Of a stretch of 64,000 nt of DNA, positions 39,500 through 53,052 are shown one piece after another. The first letter of the stretch is position 1, and every line of letters begins with the position of its first letter. The translations under genes were made by a program, and so were the position numbers. The DNA is from Perna viridis. Taxonomy: Eukaryota. A model generated the notes under the pieces. It did not search any database. It had not been told where the DNA came from and was given only the letters and a program-made list of their open reading frames with translations. The DNA lies in contig CM074515.1 in assembly GCA_037379345.1 (NCBI GenBank), forward strand, positions 44,893,743-44,957,742, in the 5' to 3' direction.

Positions 39500-39516
39500 T
39501 TTTTAAAAGGTAAGCA
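39500..39516 (+). other. Candidate splice donor of a non-coding first exon
   Basis: AAG|GTAAGC at 39509/39510, at the edge of a CpG-containing region; no ORF reads into it. Confidence 0.35.
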
Positions 39517-40024
39517 ATAAAAAGGGGATTGCTGGTACTGTGTGCACTATTACTTATACATCGTATAATATTTATTACTATTTCTATATCTGCTTCCTTG
39601 CATGCTGTCATCTTTGAAATAATACATTTATATTGGGTAAAATAAACAATGTTTTATTACCATTTATAAGGCATAATTTTTTGCAGTTTCTTCGATAAAT
39701 AAACTATAGGATAATATTAAATGTTGAGAAGATATGCATGTGCTGTTCTACGTCGATTGTTTTGCAATCGACACCACGATATATCAAGTTCCCACGTTTG
39801 AATTGTTATAGAACTAGGAAAGTTGGAGTGGGGGTTGGGTGGGTATATTTTGGAAGCATGTGGAAGCTTGCGCCTTACAACTGTAATCTGACGTGCAGGC
39901 TGGCTACGACGCTAAGGCAAGGGTATCACCTTTTCTTCTGAATATTTTTCTTTCGTACTTTTGATTATTGTTTCATTTTATTCTCCTGATACTAGCATGG
40001 AATTCCCCATTAATATACCAGAAT

Positions 40025-40158
40025 CAATGGCGGATGCAGGGGGGAGCGGGCCCCGCCGCCCTCAGAAAAAAAAATTGTTGAAAAATTGTACGTGTTAAAT
40101 CATGAAAAACACTCAATTTTTTTTGGACCCCTTCCCTAAAACTCTGGATCCGCCACTG
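40025..40158. mobile_element. MITE with CAGTGGCGGATCCAG-type TIRs and 5-bp TSD AGAAT
   Basis: caatggcggatgcag...ctggatccgccactg; AGAAT at 40020-40024 and 40159-40163. Confidence 0.9.
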
Positions 40159-40262
40159 AGAATGTATTTATAGAATCCCTTATCTATACATTGTAACACC
40201 CATACTAAGCCATCCATTGAGGTACAAGGGAGGCATATGTAACAAATTTATAGTTGAAGTTC

Positions 40263-40480
40263 CAGGCGCGTAGCTGCCGTTAGGCAAAAAAGCTTTTGCC
40301 TGCTCTTAATTTTGCCAATTTTTTTTAGGAGATAAAATACATCCAGGAGAGGCATAAATGATGCTCTAAAACGCTATCTCCGCGGATTTTTTTTTTTTTT
40401 TGGGGGGGGGAGGGCTTCGCCCCCCAGACCCCCTGCCGTAATTTTGCCTACACTTCAATTTGGCCTCAGCTACGCGCCTG
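40263..40480. mobile_element. MITE with perfect 14-bp TIR CAGGCGCGTAGCTG
   Basis: CAGGCGCGTAGCTG at 40263 and CAGCTACGCGCCTG at 40467-40480; no clear TSD. Confidence 0.85.
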
Positions 40481-42006
40481 CTGAACTGAAAGAAATGAGT
40501 TACATGTAACAACTATGATTGTTTAAGAATGAAAAAAAGGTAAAATGAGGGGACAGTGTTAAAGATATTGAATACAAGTTTGCGCCTATTGATTCAACAC
40601 ATAGTTTTATTTGGCTGTGAATAGCTGGTTTTTCGGTGTTTCATTCCCCGGTATCTTGCAGTCTCCCAGTTAGACCAAAAAGTGGAAAAGGGTGAACTGA
40701 TCATTTTGATAATTTTGAAACTTAATAGCTACATTTTTTTCTTCCATTTGGTTTGTAGATAAAGCAAACGAAAAGCCTCAAAGGAGACAACGTATTCCTC
40801 CTATTACAAAAACAAAATTCCACATATTTTCCTATTCATTCAAATCCTGGCCGATGCCTTATTCTGAATTTTTTTGTTTCTGATAAGGAGCTTTTGGTAT
40901 ATTTACTCTACTTATGACAACATTGAAATTATCAAAAATCTTGTAAAATGAAATAAATGTTGTTTAAGGAGACATTAAGTATGAAAATAAAAAGCCCTCC
41001 CTTTTTTTAAAAATGAAAATTCCGTTACCAGGTCCAAAAAAAAAACATAAAAAAAACACACAAAAAAAGACCTACACAAATACAAAAGAAAAAAATCTTG
41101 TATTTAGCTAGAAACAATGTTATTGCTATTGAAGTGTGCAGCATTAACCATTTCTTACTTTAAAGAGAAATGAAGAAAGAAACATACATATATGTAACAA
41201 AATAAAAAGACCTGCATTAATCAGCAACCATGTAAATATGTGGTGTCATTCCATTCACAAGTGATAAGATTCTAAATCCAAAGAGACAAAAGAAGATGTT
41301 CACAAATTAAATTAAATTATAATGCTCAACGTTCCTAAAGCAAAAAAAATCGTTGATTTATGGCCCAAGTGGATCAGATTTCCCTGATGAGTACTAAAAA
41401 AATCTATTAATAAAAACTGGGTAATCATCATTAGTGTTTAGTGAACATCTGCCACACGCGGTACATTGTCCCAGGACAGGTGGAAATATGGTGATTTATC
41501 ACTTTACTTGCTCAGGTAAAAACAACTTTAAACCGCTAAAAACTGTCACGCTTACAATGGAGTGTAGCAGGGCAAAACTAATAGGATATGTGTTCAAAGT
41601 GTCCTTATTTAAAAGATCTGCATCAACTCACTTCCTTTTAGAGAGTGTTTTCATATTTTTTTTTAAAATTCATCCTTTATATTATCTCCCGTAAACTAAG
41701 TTTGGGAATACATAAGTTTCAGTCTGCCTGTCTGTCCAATCATTGTCTGCAACTCTGACTTTATTATTCGCTGGATTCTCATAAAACTTGATTAGCCCCT
41801 TTAAGAACAGTTCTTGTTATGACTGTTCTATAAGCTATTTAATCAATGGATGGTTTTAAAAGCAAGTGGAACAAAAATAAGATTTCTGATTCAAAAGATC
41901 AACCATAAATGTCTCATCATGAATTTGATCATTACAAAATTTAGCAGCCTATGTTGTCTGGGTTAAGTCCTTAACTTTGTATTACTACCACCAATTGAAA
42001 CACATA

Positions 42007-42577
42007 CTGTGAAACCTGTCTAAACTGAACCCTTTATAATCCAAAAACCTGTCTAAACCAGACATCTATTAAGTGTCAGTCTCTGTAAGAATCAGGCAGT
42101 CGGTGAAACATGGTATAAAAAAAATCATCCTTTTGATAGTTTAATTTGACTATTTGCACTATCAGAATCAAGGAAAACAGATAAGATTTTCTGTATCATG
42201 CTGGACCATTGAGTTACAACAATTTCATTGAAATGCATTGAATACTAACATTTCAAGGGCAGATAACTCTGTCAAAAATCTCTTTTTTCTAAGATTCTAT
42301 TGAAAAATTTCAGAGCAAAGCCAGTGATGCAGAGATCAAATACATGTAATGGTATTTTTAAATAGAGAAAGCATCCTTGTGTGATATATTACATTGTCAG
42401 ATTGGTGGGGTTTTGACATGCATATTTCTGACTTTTCCAATTTTGCATGATTCTTACAAACACTTACACTTAAAAGTCCTTTTATATTAATTCAAATATA
42501 TTTTGAACCTTGGTGAACTGGACACCTGTCTAAACGAAACAAGTCCAAAATGGGTTCAGTTTAGACTGGTTTCATTG
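42007..42577. mobile_element. Tc1/mariner (pogo/Tigger-like) MITE with TA TSD, carrying a nested insertion
   Basis: ta|ctgtgaaacctgtctaaactgaaccc ... gggttcagtttagactggtttcattg|ta. Confidence 0.8.
42070..42472 (-). mobile_element. About 400-bp TIR element (TAAGTGT termini, TTAA-flanked), full copy
   Basis: Reverse complement aligns along its length with 60520-60912; about 29-bp imperfect TIRs. Confidence 0.85.
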
Positions 42578-44519
42578 TATAGATTACATGTAACTTTTTA
42601 ATTCCTAAATTTAAATTTTAGTTCAGCTGTCGAACCTGAAATTCCAAAGACATTTTAACCCATCAAACATTTTATTTAACACAATGGAATGGTGGACTCA
42701 ATTAATTTGACCGTTTCAGAGGTCGAAATTTACTTTAAAAAGTGGAAGGTTCTGGACTTTTCCAAGTTTTACACCAGTGGTCCACTTGAAAGAAATGCTA
42801 AGTCCACAATAAAATATCAGTTAAAAGGATAAAAGGTCCAAGACACAAGTGAATAAAATTTTATAAGTAGTAGGTCAGAAATTGAGGGTCATAGACGTTG
42901 GACCATCACTAATTTGACAGGGGTTTATGTTTTCATCTGAGTATGGGAGGCCCAAGACCTTTGTAGATTTCAAATCAAAAGTTCTGATGTAGACCAAAGG
43001 TCCTCCTTAGAAATTTAATGTAATGTATTGAAGGTCCAAGGCCTATGATAATGAAATGTGGAAAGTCCTGGGTCAGAAATGGAGGTCCAGAGACCATGGA
43101 CCTATACAATAAATTGAACCTCTGTTTAATTCCCTGCTGTTTACAATAGACTGGCCTACATGTAGCTGTTCTGAGGAATCTACAAATTTGAACCATTGAC
43201 TGCTATTCTAATTTATTGTAGAAACTTTTAGGTTCATAGGATCTATAAGCTTAGGGTTGGGTTGCTTACTCACCATACACACAAAACAGATTAATTTTGG
43301 CCTAATACCACCATATATTTAATGAAACAGGATATCACTCAGACGAGGGATTACAGTTGTTAATCAAAGATTTTACGACTTTTTGGGGTTGCCTGTCTTC
43401 AGAATTAATAAAACTGATATGTTCCCCTTACAATGTTGTTTTGTTTTTTTACTAGCAATTTCTAGATTAATGGGTTTTTGATGTTGAAAGCAGGTTGTAT
43501 TATAATGCATCCTTTATAAATTGATAGCGAATTTTTGAAACAATGTCCTTCAGCCTTTTTGGTCATAAAGAATTTTATTTCCTAATTAAATGGATGTCTG
43601 CAAGGTTATGTGTAATAATTGAAAGTAGAAAAGACAACTAATCTCATTAAAATCTGTGAATATGTGCAAAACCCTGAAACATAAATTTTACGATATTATG
43701 CAAGTATCTGCTGAAATGTTTATACATGCCCCATGAACATTTTGTTTTAATGGTATATACTTGTATGTTGTACTAATCCTCTCTAAATGTTTTTCTGTTT
43801 GTCTGTTTGTCTGTTTGTGGATTTTGGCATATCATTGCATTATTTCTGCATAACCTGACAGATTTAAAAAAAACAAAACTTTCCGAACCTTTTTCCAATA
43901 CACCCAAAATGTTGAATGTGGGGCTAGGTGGGCAGATATTTTAAAAGAGGCAATTCATTTTTTGTCACTGCCCATTTAAGAGTGCTTTCTTAAAGCAATT
44001 TCCCTTTGTTGAAGTTTGAAAACTCATTATTTTTTGAAAGCAGAGGCTTCCTTTACCTTTCCTTACTCACACATAAGTTGTCATATTTGGAGTTAAAGCA
44101 TTTCAAGATAATTTAATATATAATAATACAGGGGCTGATCCAGGGGTCTTTCATTTAATTCAGAAGTTTAGAAAAAAGGGGGGTCAAATCTACCAATGGC
44201 ACAATTTAAATCAAATTTTGCACACAGTTGGCAGGAGGTGGATCTTAACCTCTCAATCCCTCTGGGTTTGTCACACTATTGCAATTAATTCTAATCACAT
44301 GTTGAAACAATGTTTAAGTAAACAAACTAAAATATTTATACATGTGACATTGTTGTGATTACATAAAAGAAAAAAAAACAGGGCAGAAATCCATTGATTT
44401 GATTAAATCATTGTAGATTACTCACTACAATCAAATTAAATTCAGCTTAATTCAACAGCACTATAGGTTCAGCATAATTTTTAAAATGTTTTCCATTACC
44501 ATTTTTTTTTCTTTTCTAG

Positions 44520-44702
44520 GAATATTTTTTCAAAGACAAGATTTTATAAGATAGTAGAAAAGGTGTGAATCCATGTGATAATTGCCTTTGGAGAGTGCTG
44601 TTCGACAAAGAAACTTCACACCAAAGAAATCCGATTCCTAACACTTTCACACAAAATCTTGTTTCAAAGGCACAGAACCCTATTTGGTGAAATTAAACTC
44701 AG
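44520..44702 (+). other. Candidate non-coding internal exon
   Basis: Acceptor ttttttttcttttctag| at 44519; donor CAG|GTTTGT at 44702/44703; no through ORF found. Confidence 0.3.
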
Positions 44703-46950
44703 GTTTGTATGAGATGATGGTAACAGATTTTTAGCTGTTGCTTGAAAAATAAGGGCATGCAATTAAAACTGTCAGAGATGCTTTTATACTTAAAAGGAAA
44801 CCCGATATAGAGATGTCTTTTTTTTCAGATTAAGAAATGTCACTTCCTGCTATTTCTCTTGCCTCCATTAAATTTACTCTAGTTGTATATATAACCTGAA
44901 TATATGCTTATCCCTTAGGTAATCATGTAAAAAATTGACCAATTTCTGTAGTAAAATACAACAATTATTGACTGGGAATGTGGCATTTCTAATCAGGTAT
45001 AGTGATTCTCATGAAAGTTTAGATAAATTATATTTTGAAATTTAATAAAAATCTACTACACCAAGAAAAAAAATGTCAAGAAAAATGTCATAATATTTTT
45101 TCTTCAATACATTTTAACTCTACACTGGGATGAGATAGTGGAGTAACAGATGAAAAGGAGACATAATTATGTAATAGTGTGAAAACAATCTTAGTATGAA
45201 GACTGCCAATTAAACTGTTATTCTTCATCATGACACTGTGTGCCTCAGGACCTTTAATAGCTGGGAAATTATTAGGTTTTATTTACATTGTGTCAACCAT
45301 CTAATTTCCTCCAGAAATCATTCGGCCCTCTTATTGTGTAGGAAAGTGAAAGTTTGACCAAATACCTATAATCAAATTAACTGTAAATGGTTTTCTCTAG
45401 ATAGATAAATTGAGCGAAGATTTACCTCAAATTTATACAAGATGTGTGAACTTCAGACAAATACTAGAGGAATTCGACAGATCTTTGCTAATTGTATTAG
45501 TTATTTAAGGAGAATAATCTGTCATAATTCTATTGTTATCATTGAGTAATTCTTCAAGCTGGTGAACATCAAAGACTTTTCACCTGCTGAAATCAGCTGT
45601 ATCTAAAACATCAAAGGATTCTCACCTGTCTTAATCAGCTGATTACCTGTTAAACCTAAACATGGCTTTTAAACTGATCTAGTCTGTTGACAAACAGGCT
45701 CAAAATCTGATAAACTGACAAAATATTGAGAATTTATTATTAAAACAAAAATAATTAGATTTTCCTGTTTATAGACTGATAATTTAAAGTTGTGAAGGAT
45801 TTAGCTCAACAAAAAGAGGATTTCTATTAACTTTGTGATAGATGGCTGTAGAGGTTTTTAATTATCTCAGGTAAAAGTTAATTAAACTCAGGTAGACATT
45901 AATTAAAGTGGATGATACATGCACATTGATTTGTCATCGATGACTGTGTATTTATAGATGCTGATGATGCAGGCAGGTGTGGCCAGAGTTACTTCCCTTT
46001 CATAATTACCTGGAATATAACAAAAATCAAGGTAAGTGTCTGTTTACTTTTGAATTTTCTATATCCCATTTTTGTAATGTTGTGTTATTTTTCATTGACT
46101 TTCAATTACAGTTATTAGCTATGTAACAAACTACATTTTACTTGTGATGTTAAAATTTCATATTTATTCTGTATTTTCATTTCTTCAAGCTGTTGTTATG
46201 TTGTTTTAGATTAGCAGTGCTCCATGCTGTTTAAGATAATGGCTTTTTGTTTCAGAAAAAAAGCATCTGCTTATTAAATTTGATCTTTTTAGAAAGATGC
46301 ATAGTCTTTTTAATTAATGAAAACCTTGAAACCCAGTAGAGCTATTTAATCACATTAGGTTGATTAAAAGCTGTTACCATCTTTCTACTTTTTAGAGAAA
46401 ATGCAAGTGTAGCATGGTGTTTTGCTTGTTTCATGGATAATAGCTTCCTGTTTTTTAATGTCTAATATTTACTCGTTGAGTTTTAAAGGTCTCTGGTGAT
46501 TTAATTTTAAATTCTGGTGAAACTGAACTGCAACCTGATGTAGTTAAAATGCAGCAGATTTTAATGGCTTCTATCAAATTGATATTTAGATACATCATTT
46601 ACATCAAGATCTTATTAGTTGAAACTTTCATATAAATTTATTCATCTTCGTGAAATTTTCTGTCTTCATCTAGAAATTTTAAACAGTTGTTATATATAAA
46701 CATAGATTTACTTCACTTTTTCCTAATATATAGCACAATTTTTCCTAAAGCATTTGGAGATGATAATATGTCTATATCTAAAGTTACAGTGCTTATATGG
46801 AAAGTTCTTTACCTGGCGTATAAAAATTACGGTAATTACACAGTCTTTATTTTAATTTTTCACAAGATATAAGTTTCATTGTATTTATGTTGTATTGCAT
46901 ACAAGTATATTGCCAAGGTCATGACCTATCCACTGAGTCATATCATAGCC

Positions 46951-47117
46951 CAGTGATGGACCTACGGGAGAGGTTCAAGGAGTCAGAATCCCTACTCCTT
47001 TTGTTGGAAAAATGTGTTAAATTTGTGCAAAAAGTGGCCAAATAATAGACTTGAACCCCTTTTTTTGTTTAATTTTAGATAGAAATCACCTTCAATAAAT
47101 ATCTGGATCTATCCATG
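46951..47117. mobile_element. Decayed CAG...CTGGATC-type MITE
   Basis: cagtgatggaccta ... tctggatctatccatg; same layout as 40025-40158. Confidence 0.5.
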
Positions 47118-50100
47118 CAAGCCATACATATACATGTTTATGAACTAAATACACCAACTTTAATTGTATGGTCTAAAATACACCTCATGAATAAAATAAG
47201 ACTGTGATCAATTTCTTTTCCATGTTAAAGTCAATTTTAATATTTATTCCAACCTTCATGCTTCACATGAACAACATATGTTTTATACAAATAAAAAATT
47301 AATTTTCAACACATTCACAATGCAGTTGAACATCCGTTTAAATCTTCAAATGTCCATTAGAAGGGTATTATGGGATGGTGCCGTCTGTTAAGTGGCGGCT
47401 CCTCCCTTAAAATGGTTCAAAGTTAAATTATGCTGTCAGCCATTTGTTGCTTGACACTTAAAATTGTTCAAAGTTAAATTATCATGCTTATATGGTAATT
47501 TTATGCTTCAAATATCAAACATTTGCCCTTCCTTTTGTCTGTGAAGGGACTGAAGGAATTGTACAGATACATGTATACATTGTATACTTCAGCATAAGTA
47601 GCACTCCAGATAAGAATCATGCAAAATGTGAATCATAGTTGGAAGCTTACATGTTTTTATTTTGATATTTTGTTCAGAATGTTATACTTAATAGAAAGTA
47701 ACATGTAGCTTTCCATATAAACCTTGTTGGTAGGAGATAAAAATCATATAGAATGAGCTGTAAAACTCCAAATTAAGTAAATGATACTAATATACAATAG
47801 AAACTATTGAATTTTCAATGTGAATTATCTCCTTAGAGCAGACAGATTGGAATGAATAATTATAAATTTCATCATATAGACCTATAAAGCAAATTAATTT
47901 TAAAAATAAAAATATATAGCCTTTTTTGGGGTGTATCACATATTACAGAATTTGCATGACTCTTACAAAGGCTGGTACTTAAAAGGGTTTTGCCAATTGT
48001 ATCTTACTTAGTGGAAGAAAACACATGTGCAAAGATATTTTTTTTCTTCCAAACTGCATTATCGACCTTTACTATAAGTCACAAATTCAGGAATAATTGA
48101 AAAAAATTCTTGCAACAAAGAAAAAAAATAGTATGCCCTAAAACATGATTTTTTTCTTTGAAAGAAACTCAAGTATAAGGCCAAATAAAATTAATTAGTA
48201 CCTGGTAGATTCTTATCTCCTCCTGTCCCTATAAAATGGACAAAAGTAAACAAAATTGGGGTGGGAATTTCAAATCAGGATTTTTTTGGCATCGGTTTCT
48301 AGTATTGAGATATTATAACACACAAATCTTTCATTTCTTTGTCAATAAAACAATTTTACTTCTCTGAAACTGATGAGGCTATCGATTTAGAACATATCTA
48401 TACTTCAAAAAGCTAAAATTAGGCTGGCAAATATATGGTCAGAAATAAAAAATTAAAAATAAAATCCTCCCAGTTGCCCCATATTTTTGTGATTGTTGGA
48501 TAACAACCATTTATGTTTACTTGACCTAAATTAAGTTTTCTTTTTAGAAAGTTATCCATTGTCCACCATTCCATAGGATAGAGCTCCAACAGTTTTCTAG
48601 ACTTTCAGATTAGTGACAAGTAAACTGACCTAATTTCTGGGATAAATAATTACTAATACTAATTTGTTCATACTTCATGTATTTCAGGTCAAGTTCTTGA
48701 ACTTGTTATTAAATTGGTAAACTATGTTTTGATATTACCTTTTTTTTGTGTTTAAATGTGCAATAGTTAACAGGCATAAATCCAGAGGTTTGGGAAAGGA
48801 CAGGTCTGCAAAATTCTAGGCTATTATTTATAAAATTTTGCGATAAAAATGCTCAAAATTACAAAAGTGCTAACGAGAATCTCCTGCCTCTGCTAATGTG
48901 TCCATGTATTTTAATCCAAAAGGAATTTTGAAGTATTGAAGTGCCCTTTAAAAGTGTAGAGATTTGACAATGGTAACTTATTCCTTCTTTAAATAACTCA
49001 ACCAGGTAAATTGTATACATGTATTCATGTAGTGAAAATTCATGTCCATCAATCACTTTGTCTGTCTGTCTGTCGGTCTTAAACTTAAACCTCAATTCTA
49101 ATGAAAAACAAATCAAAATATCTCTAGTGATTTAAAAATAGGAAAGACTTTCATGAGTGTAAAATTATGTTGTTACACTAGTGGGTTTTGGACTGGTGGT
49201 TTCAGATTTTTTCCCAGTTTGCCTGATTCTAAAAAAGACTTGTACTAAACATGGTTAACTATTCCACATTAAGGGCCATCTGCCTGATCATGGATCTCAG
49301 TTTGGCTAAAATTTCACCCCTCAAGTAAAATCTTGGCCACTGCCAACAAAGAATTTTATATTGACAGGTAATACATATTACGTAAGATTGAAATCACAAT
49401 GTTAGAGAAATATAGAAACCCTCTCAATCAATGTACTGAGATAAATTCTTAGTGATTTTGGTATCTGAGAGATCCATGTGCACTGGAATTCCATGAAATG
49501 CTATGATTCCATTAATTTTTAATGTGTTTTAGCAATAAATTGCAATGAAAGCGGTAGGATTGATAGGGATAATCAGGCGTAATCTCTCTTTAATTCAATG
49601 GGTTACTTAGTTTTAGTACCCATAATGCATCAGTTGACAACCAAAGAAGTTTATAACAGATATATTTAGAGTAACTGTAGAAAATTTAACCAATTTCCTC
49701 AGAATCAGCGATTATTGGTCTTTGCAATTGAACTGCGCTGTAAGAGACCAAGCTTTCTGCCGATTTGAGTGATTGATAAAAAACATTCGGATTTGTAAAC
49801 AAGAGAAGATATTTTGTTCAAGGGTCAAATCTATTGATTTGTCCATACATTACGGTCTTTGATGAAATAGTTATTGCTTTGATCTGTTGATCGGGATGCT
49901 GAGAAGTTGTTGCTAGTCTGAATATTTCTCTGGTAGTTCAAGTGCTTATGACATCAGATATTAAATGTCGAATTACTCTTTTTGGAGATAAACTTCTTTT
50001 CTCGTTTAATCTGCGTGATGGGATGCACAGGGAATTTCCTACTGCCGTGAGCCCTTTCTCGTCATATTATTTGCTGCCATCTTTTCATTAACTTGTACCT

Positions 50101-50674
50101 TCCAATTCTCTTATTACAGGCTTTAGGCCATAAAATTTCGAAAATGTGTCAGCATTCTAGAAATTCATGCTGGTTTCACTGGCATTGAATTACTAATATT
50201 GGTATATTGAATTTTTTTTGCTGTTATAATTTCCATGCAGGGGGTCCTTTATGAGGATTAATAAGGGAAGATCATGCTGAAAAAAAAATTAAAATGATAT
50301 TAGAAACAAAATGCCCTTATTAATAAAATTTAAGCTTGTGAACTGAAATACTGTGATGGTTCTTATATTTCAAGGAATGCCATGTTTTTTGTGGGATTAG
50401 TTAACATTTTGTTGGTGTGTAGAATTGCGAATATTTGGATTTCATTAAAATATCTAAGTTTTGAATGAAAATTAAAAAATTTGATGGTATTTCAATAAAA
50501 AAATATTGTTTCCACTGTGCCTGGCGATAATACTTGTTAGATGTACCATAAGCCAATATATGATTCAGCCTACCCATTGAGACATTTGTATATGTGTTTC
50601 ATTATTGATGTATTTATTCATTTCTACATGTTGTAGATTTTGTAGTATCTTTTTATCAGTGTCACATTAACATG

Positions 50675-50832
50675 ATTTTCACATGAAATGCACTTAACAT
50701 TGTCTTCATGTGAAAAGTTGACATGAATTTCATGTGAAATTTGTCAAAAATTTTATTTGCTCATTTTTAGGTGTAAATCACATGAAATTCAGGTGAAAAT
50801 CACATGAAATTCAGGTGAAAATCACATGAAAT
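50675..50832. repeat. Cluster of TTCACATGAA/TTCATGTGAA motifs including a 22-bp tandem repeat
   Basis: atcacatgaaattcaggtgaaa occurs about 2.5 times, plus dispersed copies. Related TCACGTGAA motifs occur at 27150-27610. Confidence 0.7.
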
Positions 50833-51730
50833 GACTTTGCTTGACAGTCTCCTTGGTTTTACTTTTATAAAGTGACTGCTGGTCATCTGTCACTTTAATG
50901 CTGTTTTGAAGAGTGATACAAATGAATTACTAATACAATGTGAAAAACGTTGATCTTGATTTTGATAAAACATATCTTTGTTATTGAACTGAATGGTTTT
51001 GTGCTCAGTTAAAGCCCTCTCACATTTGTCATGCTAAACTCGGATCATTTCTCACTTGAACTTTTGAATGAGACTCCATTACACTAACAAAAGCATAAAA
51101 TGAGGTTAAACTGTTAATTATTGGAAAGTTCTCTTATTTAACTTGTGTTTATTGTTTTTCAATAAATGTTCTAATATTTCCAATATTTCACTGGTATTTG
51201 TTTAAGTGGTTTAACTAAATATTGTAAATTATTAAAAGGAAACGCTGAGAGGCATAAAATGTGTTTGTTTTATCAAATGGGTAAATCTATAGACAAAGAC
51301 AAATTAGATTTTTTTTGTATTGAATTTATGTCCAGCTAAGAGGACCAATTAATTTGAAAAGGTTATCATTGATATTCTATTTGATCAGTAAAAGTCTTGG
51401 AGTATGTACAAGAAGTTCATGTTAAGGGTTATAGGAAGCTTGGAGTAGGTACGCTACATCAAGTTCAAAGTAAGTGAAAGTGGAAAGTATTGCTGCTTAC
51501 ATGCCAATAATTATAAAAGTTATATATGATGTACTGAAATCCATGTTCATCAGTCATCTACCGGTACCACCAAAATCTGGAAGGGCTATAATTTTAGGTT
51601 CTGTCTGCCTGTTTGTGCACTTGTCTGTCACATTGATTTTGCAGATTTTTTCAGTCATGCTTTGAGATATTGATTTGATTTGATATATGGTGATAGCCAT
51701 ATCTAGATGTGCTGTAATTCAAGAAAAACT

Positions 51731-51955
51731 TAAGTGTAAAGTTTTTGTAGGAATCAGGCGAAATGGGAAAAAAACAGAAATATGCATGTCAAAACTTCAC
51801 AGATCTTACAGCATAATTTCACCCAAGGATGATTTGTCTATTTGAAAAGACCATTATTTGATCTCTGCATATCTGGATTTGCTTGGAATTTTTTTTAATA
51901 GAATGTTAGAAAAATGAGATTTTTGACTGAGTTATCTGCCCTTGAAAATGTATCC
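51731..51955 (+). mobile_element. Partial copy of the 400-bp TAAGTGT TIR element
   Basis: Aligns to 60520-60740 (gaaaagaccattatttgatctctgcat is shared exactly). Confidence 0.85.
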
Positions 51956-52268
51956 TTTCATTATGATATTCTGCTGTAGTATTATAGAATACCACATACT
52001 GCATCAATTTTATTCTCCATTATTAAAAATTTTCCCTACCATTCTGTCAACTCATCCTTTTGCAATTTTTACATTCCATTTAATTTTGCAGTATGGTTAC
52101 TAAATACATTTTTATAGTATATCATTAAATTAATTTTTTGAAAAATGAAATAAAACAAAAACACTTGTGTAGGGCTTTCAAACATGCCACATTAATGACC
52201 TTTATTTTATATAAGAAATATTTCTTAAGTATTTAATCAATTCTGGTAAATTAGTTTCTGAAAGATGC

Positions 52269-52848
52269 TTAAAGGAGCACTTACCACATCTTGGTTTTGT
52301 GTGTTAAGATGCCATTTTATTAAATCCACGTTTCAGAAATTCCTTAAGGAATATTGCTTATCAGTTTTATACTGTTGTCAAAAGTGTTATTTGGGTTTTA
52401 GCTGTATAACAATTTCAAAGCTGATTACAGTAAAGTATAGCTCTCTAAAGGATGATCGCTGCTCATGTTCAGTCCTTTTTGTCAGATTTTCAGACTCCTC
52501 TGGTTTTATCCATTTCATAGCATAATTATTTTTTGCCCAATGAACCCCACTTTTTTTTTCATAATTTTATCAAAAAAGCCTGTTAATGTTATTTGAGAAG
52601 TTAATTTTAATGAAATTTTTGTTATTTTTTCAGTGTTTTTGATAGATAAAACCTACTAAAACAAAACCTATGGAAAATCCCAAAAAATCATTTTCCTGCC
52701 AAAATTTCAAATGCTTACATGTCAAAAATGAGCACACTGATCTATCATTTTTTTTGTATTCATATTTTTTTAGCATGAACGATCTTAAAAGACTTCAGAA
52801 CCCTCCGAAATCTGTGTTATTTTTTAAAAGAGCAGTGAATGTCCTTAT
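52269..52848. mobile_element. Possible Kolobok-like non-autonomous element
   Basis: Starts TTAA-AGGAGCAC and ends gtgaatgtCCTTAT; termini only partly complementary. Confidence 0.35.
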
Positions 52849-52869
52849 GAAGAAGAACCAATAGAGTCA

Positions 52870-53052
52870 ATAAAAACAAAAACAAAGCCAAGAGCACCAA
52901 AAGAATGACAAAGAAAGAACAAGTCATACAAGACAAAGGATTTGAAATTACAAACAGAAACAGAATGACGCAAGCCTGATTAAAGTGTTGGGTGTACGCG
53001 TGTGCTCATGAAAGGTGAGCAGTTTCTGTTTCTTGTCAGACACCCGTCATAC
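52870..53052 (-). mobile_element. Penelope-like element 3' terminal module, decayed
   Basis: Minus strand atgacgggtgtctgacaagaaacagaaactgctcacctttcatgagcacac followed by a T-rich tract, as in the other modules. Confidence 0.55.

Noticed and set aside
41378-41410. Hammerhead ribozyme at CTGATGAG
   Set aside because: No GAAA after a stem II and no cleavage-site helix. The other CTGATGA sites I checked also fail.
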